DNA of 64,000 bases from Candidatus Poribacteria bacterium (GTDB lineage Bacteria > Poribacteria > WGA-4E > WGA-3G), in the NCBI GenBank assembly GCA_963663765.2, contig CAXXUA010000005.1, positions 1,759,874 to 1,823,873 on the forward strand. The letters are read 5' to 3'. Below the pieces are notes generated by a model, which did not search any database, was not told the origin of the DNA, and saw only the letters and a program-made list of their open reading frames with translations. The position numbers and the translations under genes are program-made. Below are positions 30,764-41,656 of this stretch, piece after piece (within the stretch, counting starts at the first letter, position 1; the number at the start of each line of letters is the position of its first letter).

Positions 30764-32089
30764 ATGTCTAAACGAGAAGAATTCATTCAAGTTGTTAACA
30801 CCTTCAAGACTGTAACACCAAGCATTACAGATATTCAACGGCGTGGTCTGTTGAAACAAGCGGTACAAAATTATGACCTATCGGTTGAAGAAGCATCTGA
30901 AATTCTGAAGTCTCTGGGGTTGATGGTCGGTGATGAACTAAACTACTTTGAAGTGTTAGAACTTTCTATAGAAGACTTACAAGACCAGAGTGAGGACGCA
31001 ATAATAATCAGCGTTAATGAGGCACATACGAAATCCTACAGCACCTCGTTACGTGCAGGTGGACTTCCACGTCCTGACGGTAGAACACAGGAACAGTGGC
31101 GGACGGTGCTAAACCAAGCACGCAATACTCTAATAAACCCATTTAAACGAAAAGCATATTTGGATACGCTTCTGACCGAAGAATCTATTTTAGAGATTAC
31201 TCCAAATAACATCTCTAATCCTCAAGTGGATGTTCTTCAAACTGAACCGGAAAAATCGACAGCAGAAGCTCAAAATATTACAGCAACAGCGATTAAGACT
31301 GTCTCAAGTTCAGACTTAACAACTGTCCCTCCTGATATGACTGTACCTGATGATATGGTTTTTATCCCCGCAAGTGAGTTTCAGATAGGTAGGCAGTCAG
31401 AAGCGGGAAATGGCAGAAAATTGACTCATCAGACTGTATACTTAGGGGCATTTTTTATTGACAAATATCCTGTTACCAATACACAATATAAGAAATTTCT
31501 GGATGCAAACCCGGAATGGCAGAAAAACAGCATCTTTCAAAGATACCATGATGGAAGTTATCTCCAATCATGGCGTAACAGTAACTATCCTCGAGGGAAA
31601 GCGGAGTATCCAGTTGTTGATGTGAGTTGGTATGCAGCAATGGCTTATGCAGATTGGGCAGGAAAACGTTTGCAAACGGAAGTGGAGTGGGAAAAGGCAG
31701 CCCGCGGCGGATTAACCGGAAAAATATATCCATGGGGAGATGAAATTGATATGAGTATAGCGAATTACGGGGTGCAGTACGGAAGTACAACGCCTGTCGG
31801 GAAATACCCACCAAACGACTATGGTATTTATGACGCAGTAGGTAACGTTTGGGAATGGTGTCTTGATGCACATAACGATAATTCCACACACAGCAGTTCC
31901 AATTTAGCAGAAAACAGTGTTGATAAGATCACTAAAAACTATTTGGCAATTGAAACCGCTCGTGTGTTACGAGGAGGTTCTTGGGCAAGTAGTGAACGCG
32001 CTACACAGATCGCTTATGTTGGATGGGCTGCCCCAAGTTTTACACGTTACAATTACGGCTTTCGATGTATAAAAGAAATAAGTCTGTAA
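30764..32089 (+). CDS. J-like + FGE-sulfatase domain protein, paralog 7
   Basis: Same module; RLQTEVEWEKAARGG, RVLRGGSW, YGFRC. Confidence 0.9.
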   Translation: MSKREEFIQVVNTFKTVTPSITDIQRRGLLKQAVQNYDLSVEEASEILKSLGLMVGDELNYFEVLELSIEDLQDQSEDAIIISVNEAHTKSYSTSLRAGGLPRPDGRTQEQWRTVLNQARNTLINPFKRKAYLDTLLTEESILEITPNNISNPQVDVLQTEPEKSTAEAQNITATAIKTVSSSDLTTVPPDMTVPDDMVFIPASEFQIGRQSEAGNGRKLTHQTVYLGAFFIDKYPVTNTQYKKFLDANPEWQKNSIFQRYHDGSYLQSWRNSNYPRGKAEYPVVDVSWYAAMAYADWAGKRLQTEVEWEKAARGGLTGKIYPWGDEIDMSIANYGVQYGSTTPVGKYPPNDYGIYDAVGNVWEWCLDAHNDNSTHSSSNLAENSVDKITKNYLAIETARVLRGGSWASSERATQIAYVGWAAPSFTRYNYGFRCIKEISL

Positions 32090-32128
32090 AGAGATGTTTC
32101 TAATTTCATTTGTAAGGTGAACTAACAA

Positions 32129-33487
32129 GTGTCTAAACGAGAAGAATTCATCACTGCAATAAATATCCTCCGAGCTGCCTCTCCATCAATTTCACCTGTA
32201 CAGCGCAAGGGTCTTCTCCAGCAAGCAGTACAAGAACACGGTCTCTCCGTTGAAGAAGCAGATGAGATACTAAAATCATCAGGGTTAATTGTTGGAGAAA
32301 GTGTAAATTACTTTCAAGTTCTTGGTTTATCCATTGAAGAACTTCAAGATCTGGGTGAAGATACGATTGCAACTCGTGTTGATGCAGCACATCAGAAATA
32401 CTATAGCGACTCGTTACGTGCAGGTGGACTCCCACGGCCTGACGGTAGAACACAGGAACAGTGGCGAACTGTGCTAAACCAAGCACGCGACATCTTGAAA
32501 GACCCACTTAAACGTGCTGAACACATCGCAACGTTACAAAATGCTGACTGGGATATTAATAATCCTATCATTCAAAAGGATATACATACACCAAAACAAA
32601 CATCTATTACACATTCAGTTCCGGACAATATGGTACACATTCCTGCTGGAGAGTTCCAAATAGGTAACAACAAAAGAGCAAATGATCGTTATAAACCAGA
32701 AAACACAGTCTATGTTGATTCGTTCTATATGGATAAATATCCAGTTACGAACGCACAATATAAAATATTTCTTGAAGCCAATCCACATTGGCGTAAATCA
32801 TCAAAATGGCCTGAGTGGAATAAGGCAAGAAAGAGGATAATGTCTACATTGTTTATCTATAGTAAATATCATGATGGTAATTATCTAAAACATTGGAATG
32901 GTGTTAATTTCCCAAATGGCAAAACAGATCATCCTGTAACACATGTGAGTTGGTATGCTGCGATGGCTTATGCAGAATGGGCAGGTAAACGTTTGCCATC
33001 AGAAGCGGAGTGGGAAAAGGCAGCCCGCGGCGGACAGACAGGTCAAAAATACCCATGGGGAGATGAACTCAATTCAAGTATGGCATATTGCGCAAAGGGG
33101 GTGGGAGTAACCACTTCTGTAGGACAATATCCTCCAAATGACTACGGTTTACACGATATTGTAGGGAACGTCTGGGAGTGGTGTCTTGATGAATATACAC
33201 CGAATTTTTTTGCCTCTGCTTCGGATCGAAATCCAGTTGCTGGCGTAAATACAGAAAAGGAGTTAGGACAATTATACTCCTATTATAGAAAAGTTTCAAC
33301 GGATCGCGTCTTGCGGGGAGGTTCTCTGTTTACTACTTCTGAACCCATTCAGACAGCCATACGAAGTGGTCGTTCCCCCTTTTCCACCTCCGTACATTCA
33401 CTATATTTTAAAAACTTCTCTGCCAACTCTGCCAACTCTTCCAACATCGGATTCCGATGTGCATGGGATATAAAACTTAAGTCATAG
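32129..33487 (+). CDS. J-like + FGE-sulfatase domain protein, paralog 8
   Basis: GTG start; same motifs; SAN microrepeat in the C-terminal variable segment. Confidence 0.9.
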   Translation: MSKREEFITAINILRAASPSISPVQRKGLLQQAVQEHGLSVEEADEILKSSGLIVGESVNYFQVLGLSIEELQDLGEDTIATRVDAAHQKYYSDSLRAGGLPRPDGRTQEQWRTVLNQARDILKDPLKRAEHIATLQNADWDINNPIIQKDIHTPKQTSITHSVPDNMVHIPAGEFQIGNNKRANDRYKPENTVYVDSFYMDKYPVTNAQYKIFLEANPHWRKSSKWPEWNKARKRIMSTLFIYSKYHDGNYLKHWNGVNFPNGKTDHPVTHVSWYAAMAYAEWAGKRLPSEAEWEKAARGGQTGQKYPWGDELNSSMAYCAKGVGVTTSVGQYPPNDYGLHDIVGNVWEWCLDEYTPNFFASASDRNPVAGVNTEKELGQLYSYYRKVSTDRVLRGGSLFTTSEPIQTAIRSGRSPFSTSVHSLYFKNFSANSANSSNIGFRCAWDIKLKS

Positions 33488-33550
33488 ACTCTCTATATAT
33501 ATATATTTTGAGAACTTCTGCAGATTAGAATCTTAAAGGTAAATGAAAAC

Positions 33551-34915
33551 ATGTCCAAACATGAAGATTTCATTGAAGTCATCAACACGCTTAAGACACT
33601 GTCACCAACTATTACTGACGCACAACGTAGAGGACTTCTCCACAGAGCAATACGTGAGTTTGATCTATCCGTTGAAGAAGCAGATGAGATACTAAAATCA
33701 TCAGGGTTAATAGTTGGAGAAAGTGTAAATTACTTTCAAGTTCTCGGACTATCTTTTGAAGAACTTCAAGACCAAAATGAGGATGTTATAGCAACTCGCG
33801 TTGATGCAGCACATCAGAAATACTATAGCGACTCGTTACGTGCAGGTGGACTCCCACGGCCTGACGGTAGAACACAGGAACAGTGGCGAACTGTGCTAAA
33901 CCAAGCACGCGACATCTTGAAAGACCCACTTAAACGTGCTGAACACATCGCAACGTTACAAAATGCTGACTGGGATATTAATAATCCTATCATTCAAAAG
34001 GATATACATACACCAAAACAAACATCTATTACACATTCAGTTCCGGACAATATGGTACACATTCCTGCTGGAGAGTTCCAAATAGGTAACAACAAAAGAG
34101 CAAATGATCGTTATAAACCAGAAAACACAGTCTATGTTGATTCGTTCTATATGGATAAATATCCAGTTACGAACGCACAATATAAAATATTTCTTGAAGC
34201 CAATCCACATTGGCGTAAATCATCAAAATGGCCTGAGTGGAATAAGGCAAGAAAGAGGATAATGTCTACATTGTTTATCTATAGTAAATATCATGATGGT
34301 AATTATCTAAAACATTGGAATGGTGTTAATTTCCCAAATGGCAAAACAGATCATCCTGTAACACATGTGAGTTGGTATGCTGCGATGGCTTATGCACAAT
34401 GGGCAGGTAAACGTTTGCCATCAGAAGCGGAGTGGGAAAAGGCAGCCCGCGGCGGACAGACAGGTCAAAAATACCCATGGGGAGATGAACTCAATTCAAG
34501 CATGACATATTGCGGAAAGGGGGTGGGAGTAACCACTTCTGTAGGAAAATATCCACCAAACAACTACGGATTGTATGACATAGTAGGGAACGTCTGGGAG
34601 TGGTGTCTTGATGAATATGTACCGAATTTTTTTGCCTCTGCTTCGGATCGAAATCCAGTTGCTGGCGTAAATACAGAAAAGGAGTTAGGACAATTATACT
34701 CCTATTATAGAGATGTTTCAACGGATCGTGTCTTGCGGGGTGGTTGTCTGTTTACAACCTCTGAACCCATTCAGACCGCTCTCCGTCGGGGGCATTCACC
34801 TTTTTACACCTCAGTCAATTTCACAAATGTCTTACCACGACATTCAACAGAATTCGCTACTAATGTCGGATTCCGATGTGTCTGGGATGTGCAGCTAAAA
34901 TCTAAATCTTTATAA
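33551..34915 (+). CDS. J-like + FGE-sulfatase domain protein, paralog 9
   Basis: Middle near-identical to paralog 8; N-terminus like paralog 11; unique C-terminal segment. Confidence 0.9.
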   Translation: MSKHEDFIEVINTLKTLSPTITDAQRRGLLHRAIREFDLSVEEADEILKSSGLIVGESVNYFQVLGLSFEELQDQNEDVIATRVDAAHQKYYSDSLRAGGLPRPDGRTQEQWRTVLNQARDILKDPLKRAEHIATLQNADWDINNPIIQKDIHTPKQTSITHSVPDNMVHIPAGEFQIGNNKRANDRYKPENTVYVDSFYMDKYPVTNAQYKIFLEANPHWRKSSKWPEWNKARKRIMSTLFIYSKYHDGNYLKHWNGVNFPNGKTDHPVTHVSWYAAMAYAQWAGKRLPSEAEWEKAARGGQTGQKYPWGDELNSSMTYCGKGVGVTTSVGKYPPNNYGLYDIVGNVWEWCLDEYVPNFFASASDRNPVAGVNTEKELGQLYSYYRDVSTDRVLRGGCLFTTSEPIQTALRRGHSPFYTSVNFTNVLPRHSTEFATNVGFRCVWDVQLKSKSL

Positions 34916-34965
34916 CCTAATTTTGATACTTGCTGAAAAATAGAATCTTAAAGGTAAATGAAAAC

Positions 34966-36273
34966 ATGTCCAAACATGAAGATTTCATTGAAGTCATCAA
35001 CACGCTCAAAGCACTGTCACCAACTATCACTGATGCACAACGAATAGGTCTTCTACAGCAAGCAGTACAAGAACACGGTCTCTCCGTTGAAGAAGCAGAT
35101 GAGATACTAAAATCATCAGGGTTAATTGTTGGAGAAAGTGTTAATTACTTTCAGGTTCTCGGACTATCTTTTGAAGAACTTCAAGACCAAAATGAGGATG
35201 TTATAGCAACTCGCGTTGATGCAGCACATCAGAAATACTATAGCGACTCGTTACGTGCAGGTGGTCTCCCACGGACTGACGGTAGGACACAAGAACAGTG
35301 GCGGACGGTGCTAAACCAAGCACGCGACATCTTGAAAGACCCACGAAAACGTGCTGAACACATTGGAACGTTACAAAATGCTAACTTGGATCTTATAAAA
35401 CCCATCATTCAAACACCTGAACAAAAATCCATTACACTTTCAGTTCCGGACGATATGATACACATTCCCGCTGGTGAGTTCCAAATAGACAACAAGAGCA
35501 CAACTCGCCGCAAACCAAAAGCACACAATGTCTATGTAGACACTTTTTACATAGACACATATCTTGTGACCAATGTACAATATAGGTTGTTTGTTAAGGA
35601 GAATATGGAATGGGCGAAAAAAACCTCAAAGTGGTGGAGCAGACAGAATAGAATCAAGAAATACCACGGTGTTAACTACCTAAAACATTGGAACGGGAAC
35701 GACTTCCCGAGGTCAAAGGCAGACTATCCGGTTACGCACGTCAGTTGGTATGCAGCGATGGCATACTCACAATGGGCAGGAAAACGTCTACCGACAGAAG
35801 CAGAATGGGAAAAGGCGGCTCGTGGTGGAAAAACAGGACAGAAATATCCATGGGGTAATCAACTCAATGCAGACATGGCATATTGTGGCACGGAGGTCGG
35901 TGAGACCACTTCCATCGGAAAATATCCACCAAACAACTACGGATTGTATGACATAGTAGGGAACGTCTGGGAGTGGTGTCTTGATGAGTATGATGCCGAT
36001 TTCTACGGTTCTCCGGCATCACCGAATTCAGTTTCTGATGAAAACACGAAGGAAGATTTAGATTTATTACTTTTCAAGACGCATAACATTTCAACCGATC
36101 ACGTATTGCGAGGTGGAATAGAGTTTAATACTTCTGAACCGGTTCAGACAGCTTTACGAATTGGTCGATCACCCTTTTTCACCTCCGTACATTCACTATA
36201 TTTTAAAAACTTCTCTGCCAACTCTGCCAACATCGGATTCCGATGTGCATGGGATATAAAACTTAAGTCATAG
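34966..36273 (+). CDS. J-like + FGE-sulfatase domain protein, paralog 10
   Basis: Start MSKHEDF; C-terminal tip shared with paralog 8. Confidence 0.9.
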   Translation: MSKHEDFIEVINTLKALSPTITDAQRIGLLQQAVQEHGLSVEEADEILKSSGLIVGESVNYFQVLGLSFEELQDQNEDVIATRVDAAHQKYYSDSLRAGGLPRTDGRTQEQWRTVLNQARDILKDPRKRAEHIGTLQNANLDLIKPIIQTPEQKSITLSVPDDMIHIPAGEFQIDNKSTTRRKPKAHNVYVDTFYIDTYLVTNVQYRLFVKENMEWAKKTSKWWSRQNRIKKYHGVNYLKHWNGNDFPRSKADYPVTHVSWYAAMAYSQWAGKRLPTEAEWEKAARGGKTGQKYPWGNQLNADMAYCGTEVGETTSIGKYPPNNYGLYDIVGNVWEWCLDEYDADFYGSPASPNSVSDENTKEDLDLLLFKTHNISTDHVLRGGIEFNTSEPVQTALRIGRSPFFTSVHSLYFKNFSANSANIGFRCAWDIKLKS

Positions 36274-36334
36274 ACTCTATATATATATATTTTGAGAACT
36301 TCTGTAGATTACAATCTTAAGGGTAAATCAACAC

Positions 36335-37696
36335 ATGTCCAAACATGAAGATTTCATTGAAGTCATCAACACACTTAAGACACTGTCGCCAACTATTACT
36401 GACGCACAACGTAGAGGACTTCTCCACAGAGCAATACGTGAGTTTGATCTATCCGTTGAAGAAGCAGATGAGATACTAAAATCATCAGGGTTAATAGTTG
36501 GAGATAGTGTAAATTACTTTCAAGTTCTTGGTTTATCCATTGAAGAACTTCAAGACCAAAATGAGGATGTTATAGCAACTCGCGTTGATGCAGCACATCA
36601 GAAATACTATAGCGATTCGCTACGTGCAGGTGGACTTCCACGTCCTGACGGTAGAACACAAGAACAGTGGCGGACGGTGCTAAATCAGGCACGCGACATC
36701 TTGAAAGACACACGAAAACGTGCTGAACACATCGCAACACTTCAAAATAAAATTTCACAACATTCCAAACCTATCCAAACAGAAGAGGTTTTTTCCTCAG
36801 AATCGGATGAATTAAACAAGACTGAAGAGACATCTTTATCACTCTCAATAACAGATGATATGGTGTACATCCCAGCAGGTGAGTTCCAAATGGGTAGCAG
36901 CAACGAAAAAGCAAATGATCGTGAAAAACCAGAACATACAGTTTATGTTGATACGTTCTATATGGATAAATATCCCGTCACGAACGCACAATATAAGATG
37001 TTTCTTGATGTAAACCCGCAATGGCGTAAACCCAGTAAACTGAGAGATTGGAAAAAAACAAGAAGGATATTCAATCAGGTTTTAAGTAACTATCATGGTG
37101 AAGACTACCTAAAACATTGGTATGGTTCCGACTATACAGATGAAAAAGATTATCACCCCGTAACTCACATAAGTTGGTATGCGGCGATGGCTTATGCTAA
37201 ATGGGCAGGTAAACGTTTGCCAACAGAAGCTGAATGGGAAAAAGCTGCACGCGGCGGAAAAACAGGGCAAAAATATCCATGGGGAAATGAACTTGATCCA
37301 AATATGGTTTCCTGCGGTAAAGATGTTGGTAAAATCATTTCAGTAGGAAAATATCCAGCCAACAGTTACGGTTTGTATGACATGGTAGGGAATGTTTGGG
37401 AGTGGTGTCTTGATGCTTTTGATTCGGATTTCTATTCTTCTTCACCATTACGGAATCCAGTTGCAAGTGTAGATAAACAAGAGGATTGGGATATGTTAAT
37501 ATCAAAGTTTTTGGTCATTAAAACCGATCGCGTATTGCGGGGTGGTACCATTTTCACTTCATCAGATCCGTTCCATACTGCTGCCCGTTGGAGTTGTGCA
37601 CCCGAACTCACAAATTTCCGTGCTTCGTCGTATGTTGCTGATTATGCGGCTAATATCGGTTTCCGATGTGTCTGGGATTCACGGATTAAGTCTTAA
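36335..37696 (+). CDS. J-like + FGE-sulfatase domain protein, paralog 11
   Basis: Same motifs. Confidence 0.9.
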   Translation: MSKHEDFIEVINTLKTLSPTITDAQRRGLLHRAIREFDLSVEEADEILKSSGLIVGDSVNYFQVLGLSIEELQDQNEDVIATRVDAAHQKYYSDSLRAGGLPRPDGRTQEQWRTVLNQARDILKDTRKRAEHIATLQNKISQHSKPIQTEEVFSSESDELNKTEETSLSLSITDDMVYIPAGEFQMGSSNEKANDREKPEHTVYVDTFYMDKYPVTNAQYKMFLDVNPQWRKPSKLRDWKKTRRIFNQVLSNYHGEDYLKHWYGSDYTDEKDYHPVTHISWYAAMAYAKWAGKRLPTEAEWEKAARGGKTGQKYPWGNELDPNMVSCGKDVGKIISVGKYPANSYGLYDMVGNVWEWCLDAFDSDFYSSSPLRNPVASVDKQEDWDMLISKFLVIKTDRVLRGGTIFTSSDPFHTAARWSCAPELTNFRASSYVADYAANIGFRCVWDSRIKS

Positions 37697-37763
37697 CCTT
37701 TACAATACTTTCTAAACATTAACGTGGTTTGGAAAGAAACTAATTATATGAAAGTGAGGAAAT

Positions 37764-40079
37764 ATGAAAAACACAGATAACCATACATTATGGTACAACA
37801 AACCTGCTGAACAGTGGATAGATGCACTCCCAGTTGGAAACGGACGGATGGGAGCGATGGTGTTCGGTGGTATTGAACGTGAACGTATCCAACTGAACGA
37901 AGAAACGATTTGGGATGGCGGTCCTCGCGAAAACAATAACAACAATCCAAAGGCTTTGGAAGCACTCCCAAAAGTGCGGCAACTGCTCTTTGACGATAAA
38001 AACGAAGAAGCAACCCAACTTGCTGGTGAAACTATGCACGGGATAGAAAAACGGATAAAATCCTACCAATCTTTAGGGGATCTTTTCCTTGATTTTTCAC
38101 ACAGTGCAGATGTTTCAGAATACCGACGAGAACTGGATTTAGACACCGGCATTGCAAAGACAACCTATCAACACGGTGATGTCGTCTTTAGCATAGAAGT
38201 TTTTGCTACAGCAGTAGATAACCTTATCGTTGTTAGCGTTGAAAGCAACTCTCCAGGAAAACTCAATTTTGATGTCACCATGACACGCGAAGAAAATGCA
38301 ACCGTCACAGCAATCTCTGATAAGGTATTGCGTCTTGATGGACATTGTAGCAATAGTGGTGTAATACGTTTTGCTGCAGAAATTCAGGTGAACGTTGAAG
38401 GTGGCACATCACAAGCGGAAAATGACAGTATCTCTGTGAGAGACGCTGATGCAGCTATACTCTATATCGCCGCTGCAACAAACTACATCAACAGGCAGGA
38501 CACCAGTGCTGATCCTTATGAACTTTGCGAAAATTATCTGAATGCTATTGAGGCAAAAAACTATGAATCAATCCGTTCAGAACACATAGCAGACCATCAA
38601 TCGCTATTCAGACGTGTTGATTTAGTTCTCGGTTCTACTGAAGCCGATAATCTACCGACTGATGAACGTTTGACTGCAGTGAAAGCTGGCACGGAAGATC
38701 CGGGACTTGTAACGCTCTACTTTCAATATGGACGTTATCTACTGATGGGAAGTTCACGACCGGGATGTTTTCCCGCAAACCTTCAGGGTGTATGGAACGA
38801 ACACATGAACGCACCTTGGAACAGCGATTACCACACCAATATCAATGTTCAAATGAACTATTGGGTTCCAGAAATCTGTAATCTGCCAGAATGCCATACA
38901 CCCCTGTTTGATCTCATGGATTCACTCGTTGAACCCGGGAATCTTACAGCGAAAACGCATTATGGGGCTGAAGGTTGGGTGGTACATCATCTCACAGATA
39001 TTTGGGGATTTACCACACCGGCAGATGGTGTTTGGGGAGTTTGGCCGATGGGTGCCGCATGGTTGTGTGGACATGTCTGGGAACACTATCAATTCGGTGG
39101 TGATGAAGACTTCCTTAAAGAACGGGCATATCCATTGATGAAAGGTGCGGCAAGATTTATCCTTGATTTTCTTGTTGAAGCACCAGAAGGCACAGCGTTT
39201 CCGGGAAAATTGGTAACGAATCCTTCTCACTCCCCTGAAAACGTCTTTGATGCACCAGACGGTACGCGCACTATGTTCACTTATGCAGCAACAATGGATC
39301 TTGAGATAATCCATGAACTCTTCACAAACTGCATCGCTTGTATTGATATTCTCGGAGAGGACGCAGACTTCCGTGCAGAATTAACCTCTGCACTTGATAA
39401 CCTCGTCCCCCTTCAAATTAGCGAAAAAACTGGAAGATTGCAAGAGTGGATATGTGATTATCATGAACCGAAGGCTGGCCATCGACACATGTCACATTTA
39501 TATGCGCTCCATCCAAGTTGTCAGATAACGTTACGAGGAACACCAGAGTTGGCTGCTGCAGCAAAGAAATCATTGGAAACACGTTTAGCACACGGAGGCG
39601 GCGGTACAGGATGGAGTCGTGCATGGTTGATCAATTTCTTAGCACGGCTTGAGGAAGGAGAAGAAGCATACAATCATCTTCAAACACTTCTCGCAAAATG
39701 TACTTTGACAAACCTATTTGATACGCACCCACCATTTCAGATTGATGGTAATTTTGGTGGCACTGCTGGAATTGCTGAGATGTTGTTACAGAGTCATACA
39801 CGTGAGATACACTTACTTCCAGCACTTCCGAAGGCATGGGACACTGGACACGTTAAAGGGTTGCGTGCACGCGGTGGTTTTGATGTTGATATGGAGTGGA
39901 AAGATGGAAAACTCACCCAAGCACAAATTATATCTAATCTTGGGAGAGACTGTTGGGTCCGAACACCTGGAAATGTTAATGTGACATGTAACGGTTCACG
40001 TATCAAATACTCACAGTCAAGGTCAGTTGTCAATTTTCATACAAAAGCAGGAGAATCTTACACACTCATACCATCGTAA
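37764..40079 (+). CDS. Glycoside hydrolase family 95 (alpha-L-fucosidase-like)
   Basis: [71 protein letters not shown]. Confidence 0.95.
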   Translation: MKNTDNHTLWYNKPAEQWIDALPVGNGRMGAMVFGGIERERIQLNEETIWDGGPRENNNNNPKALEALPKVRQLLFDDKNEEATQLAGETMHGIEKRIKSYQSLGDLFLDFSHSADVSEYRRELDLDTGIAKTTYQHGDVVFSIEVFATAVDNLIVVSVESNSPGKLNFDVTMTREENATVTAISDKVLRLDGHCSNSGVIRFAAEIQVNVEGGTSQAENDSISVRDADAAILYIAAATNYINRQDTSADPYELCENYLNAIEAKNYESIRSEHIADHQSLFRRVDLVLGSTEADNLPTDERLTAVKAGTEDPGLVTLYFQYGRYLLMGSSRPGCFPANLQGVWNEHMNAPWNSDYHTNINVQMNYWVPEICNLPECHTPLFDLMDSLVEPGNLTAKTHYGAEGWVVHHLTDIWGFTTPADGVWGVWPMGAAWLCGHVWEHYQFGGDEDFLKERAYPLMKGAARFILDFLVEAPEGTAFPGKLVTNPSHSPENVFDAPDGTRTMFTYAATMDLEIIHELFTNCIACIDILGEDADFRAELTSALDNLVPLQISEKTGRLQEWICDYHEPKAGHRHMSHLYALHPSCQITLRGTPELAAAAKKSLETRLAHGGGGTGWSRAWLINFLARLEEGEEAYNHLQTLLAKCTLTNLFDTHPPFQIDGNFGGTAGIAEMLLQSHTREIHLLPALPKAWDTGHVKGLRARGGFDVDMEWKDGKLTQAQIISNLGRDCWVRTPGNVNVTCNGSRIKYSQSRSVVNFHTKAGESYTLIPS

Positions 40080-40124
40080 ATTTAGAACTTTTACCAAATT
40101 AACGGAATTTATCTTTTTCCGATG

Positions 40125-41576
40125 GTAGGTGCTGTTTCCTAACCGAATCATAGGCGTCAATTTATGGATTTTGACGTATTGTGGGAGGGGTTTTCAACCC
40201 CATAGGTGTAAACTTAAGAATACGTTTATGTTTTTATGAATGCTTCTTAACCCTTATCGGGATTGAAACTGTCCTATATTTAGTCCCGACAAATGCCATA
40301 CGGGGAATGCCTTAATGGCATTCATACCGTTGATTTGGCGCATTTGGCGTTGATTTGGTAGGGACGATATGTTTGTATAGTAGATTTTAGAATTATTTTT
40401 TACACTTTCAGGTGTAGGAGGGAACTCCGATTCCCGACTATCAAGACGTTCAGTCGCGATTCGGAGATCGCTCCTACAGAACTCTTGTGTATTGTAGGAG
40501 AGAACTCCGATTCCCGACTATCAAGACGTTCAGTCGCGATTCGGAGATCGCTCCTACAGAACTCTTGTGTATTGTCTGTATTGTAGGAGGGAACTCCGAT
40601 TCCCGACTATCAAGACGTTCAATCGGGAATCGGATTCCCTCCTACAGAACTCTTGTGTATTGTAGGAGAGAACTCCGATTCCCGACTATCAAGACGTTCA
40701 ATCGGGAATCGGAGTTCCCTCCTACAGAACTCTTGTGTATTGTAGGAGGGAACTCCGATTCCCGACTATCAAGACGTTCAGTCGGGAATCGGAGATCGAT
40801 CCTACAGAACTCTTGTGTATTGTAGGAGGGAACTCCGATTCCCGACTATCAAGACGTTCAATCGGGAATCGGAGTTCCCTCCTACAGAACTCTTGTGTAT
40901 TGTAGGAGGGAACTCCGATTCCCGACTATCAAGACGTTCAGTCGGGAATCGGAGATCGATCCTACAGAACTCTTGTGTATTGTAGGAGGGAACTCCGATT
41001 CCCGACTATCAAGACGTTCAATCGGGAATCGGAGTTCCCTCCTACAGAACTCTTGTGTATTGTCTGTATTGTAGGAGGGAACTCCGATTCCCGACTATCA
41101 AGACGTTCAATCGGGAATCGGAGTTCCCTCCTACAGAACTCTTGTGTATTGTAGGAGGGAACTCCGATTCCCGACTACTTTTTAGACACATCAATAGTCC
41201 CGTAGGGACGATATGTTTATAGATAAACGATGCCACCAAAATCTTTAGTCCCGTAGGGACGATATGTTTATAAGATGGGGTTCGTACAAACATATCGTCC
41301 CTACGGGACTGTATATAAGACAATCCCAATAACATTAGGTATTGACTGGGAATCATAGTAATACAAGTGCATTCTTAAGTTTACACCAATATGTGAGGGG
41401 TTGAAAACCCCTCCATAGGCGTCAATTTAAGAAAATATTGTTGTCATTTCTCTTGTGGGAGGGGTTTTCAACCCCGATATGACAGAAGATGAACATAAAA
41501 TCGGGGTTGAAAACCCCTCCCACAAGAGGTCAAAATCCTTAAATTGACGCCTATGGTGCTGTTTCCTAACCGCACC
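40125..41576. repeat. Nested MITE/REP block with a tandem array of GTAGGAGGGAACTCCGATTCCCGAC inverted pairs
   Basis: About ten units of roughly 80 bp at 40413-41176, nested inside CATAGG-type MITE ends; lies between convergent genes. Confidence 0.85.
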
Positions 41577-41656
41577 TTGAACGAGACAGTTCAAGTTAAT
41601 TTGGTATTACAAAGTTCTTTTATAGGAGAGAATATGTGAGTTTAGGTGTGGTAGGG

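Noticed and set aside
14291-37696. FGE-domain genes as maturation enzymes for the adjacent sulfatase
   Set aside because: None has the FGE catalytic CxxxxC after RGGS, all carry a J-like module, and a separate promoter lies between the sulfatase and grpE
19701-37696. A complete diversity-generating retroelement
   Set aside because: No reverse transcriptase or non-coding template repeat in the window, and 3' differences between paralogs 1 and 2 are not adenine-restricted
13370-40079. Single sulfated-fucan utilisation locus (LamG, sulfatase, GH95)
   Set aside because: The sulfatase and GH95 are 22 kb apart with no transporter or regulator, so linkage cannot be supported from this window
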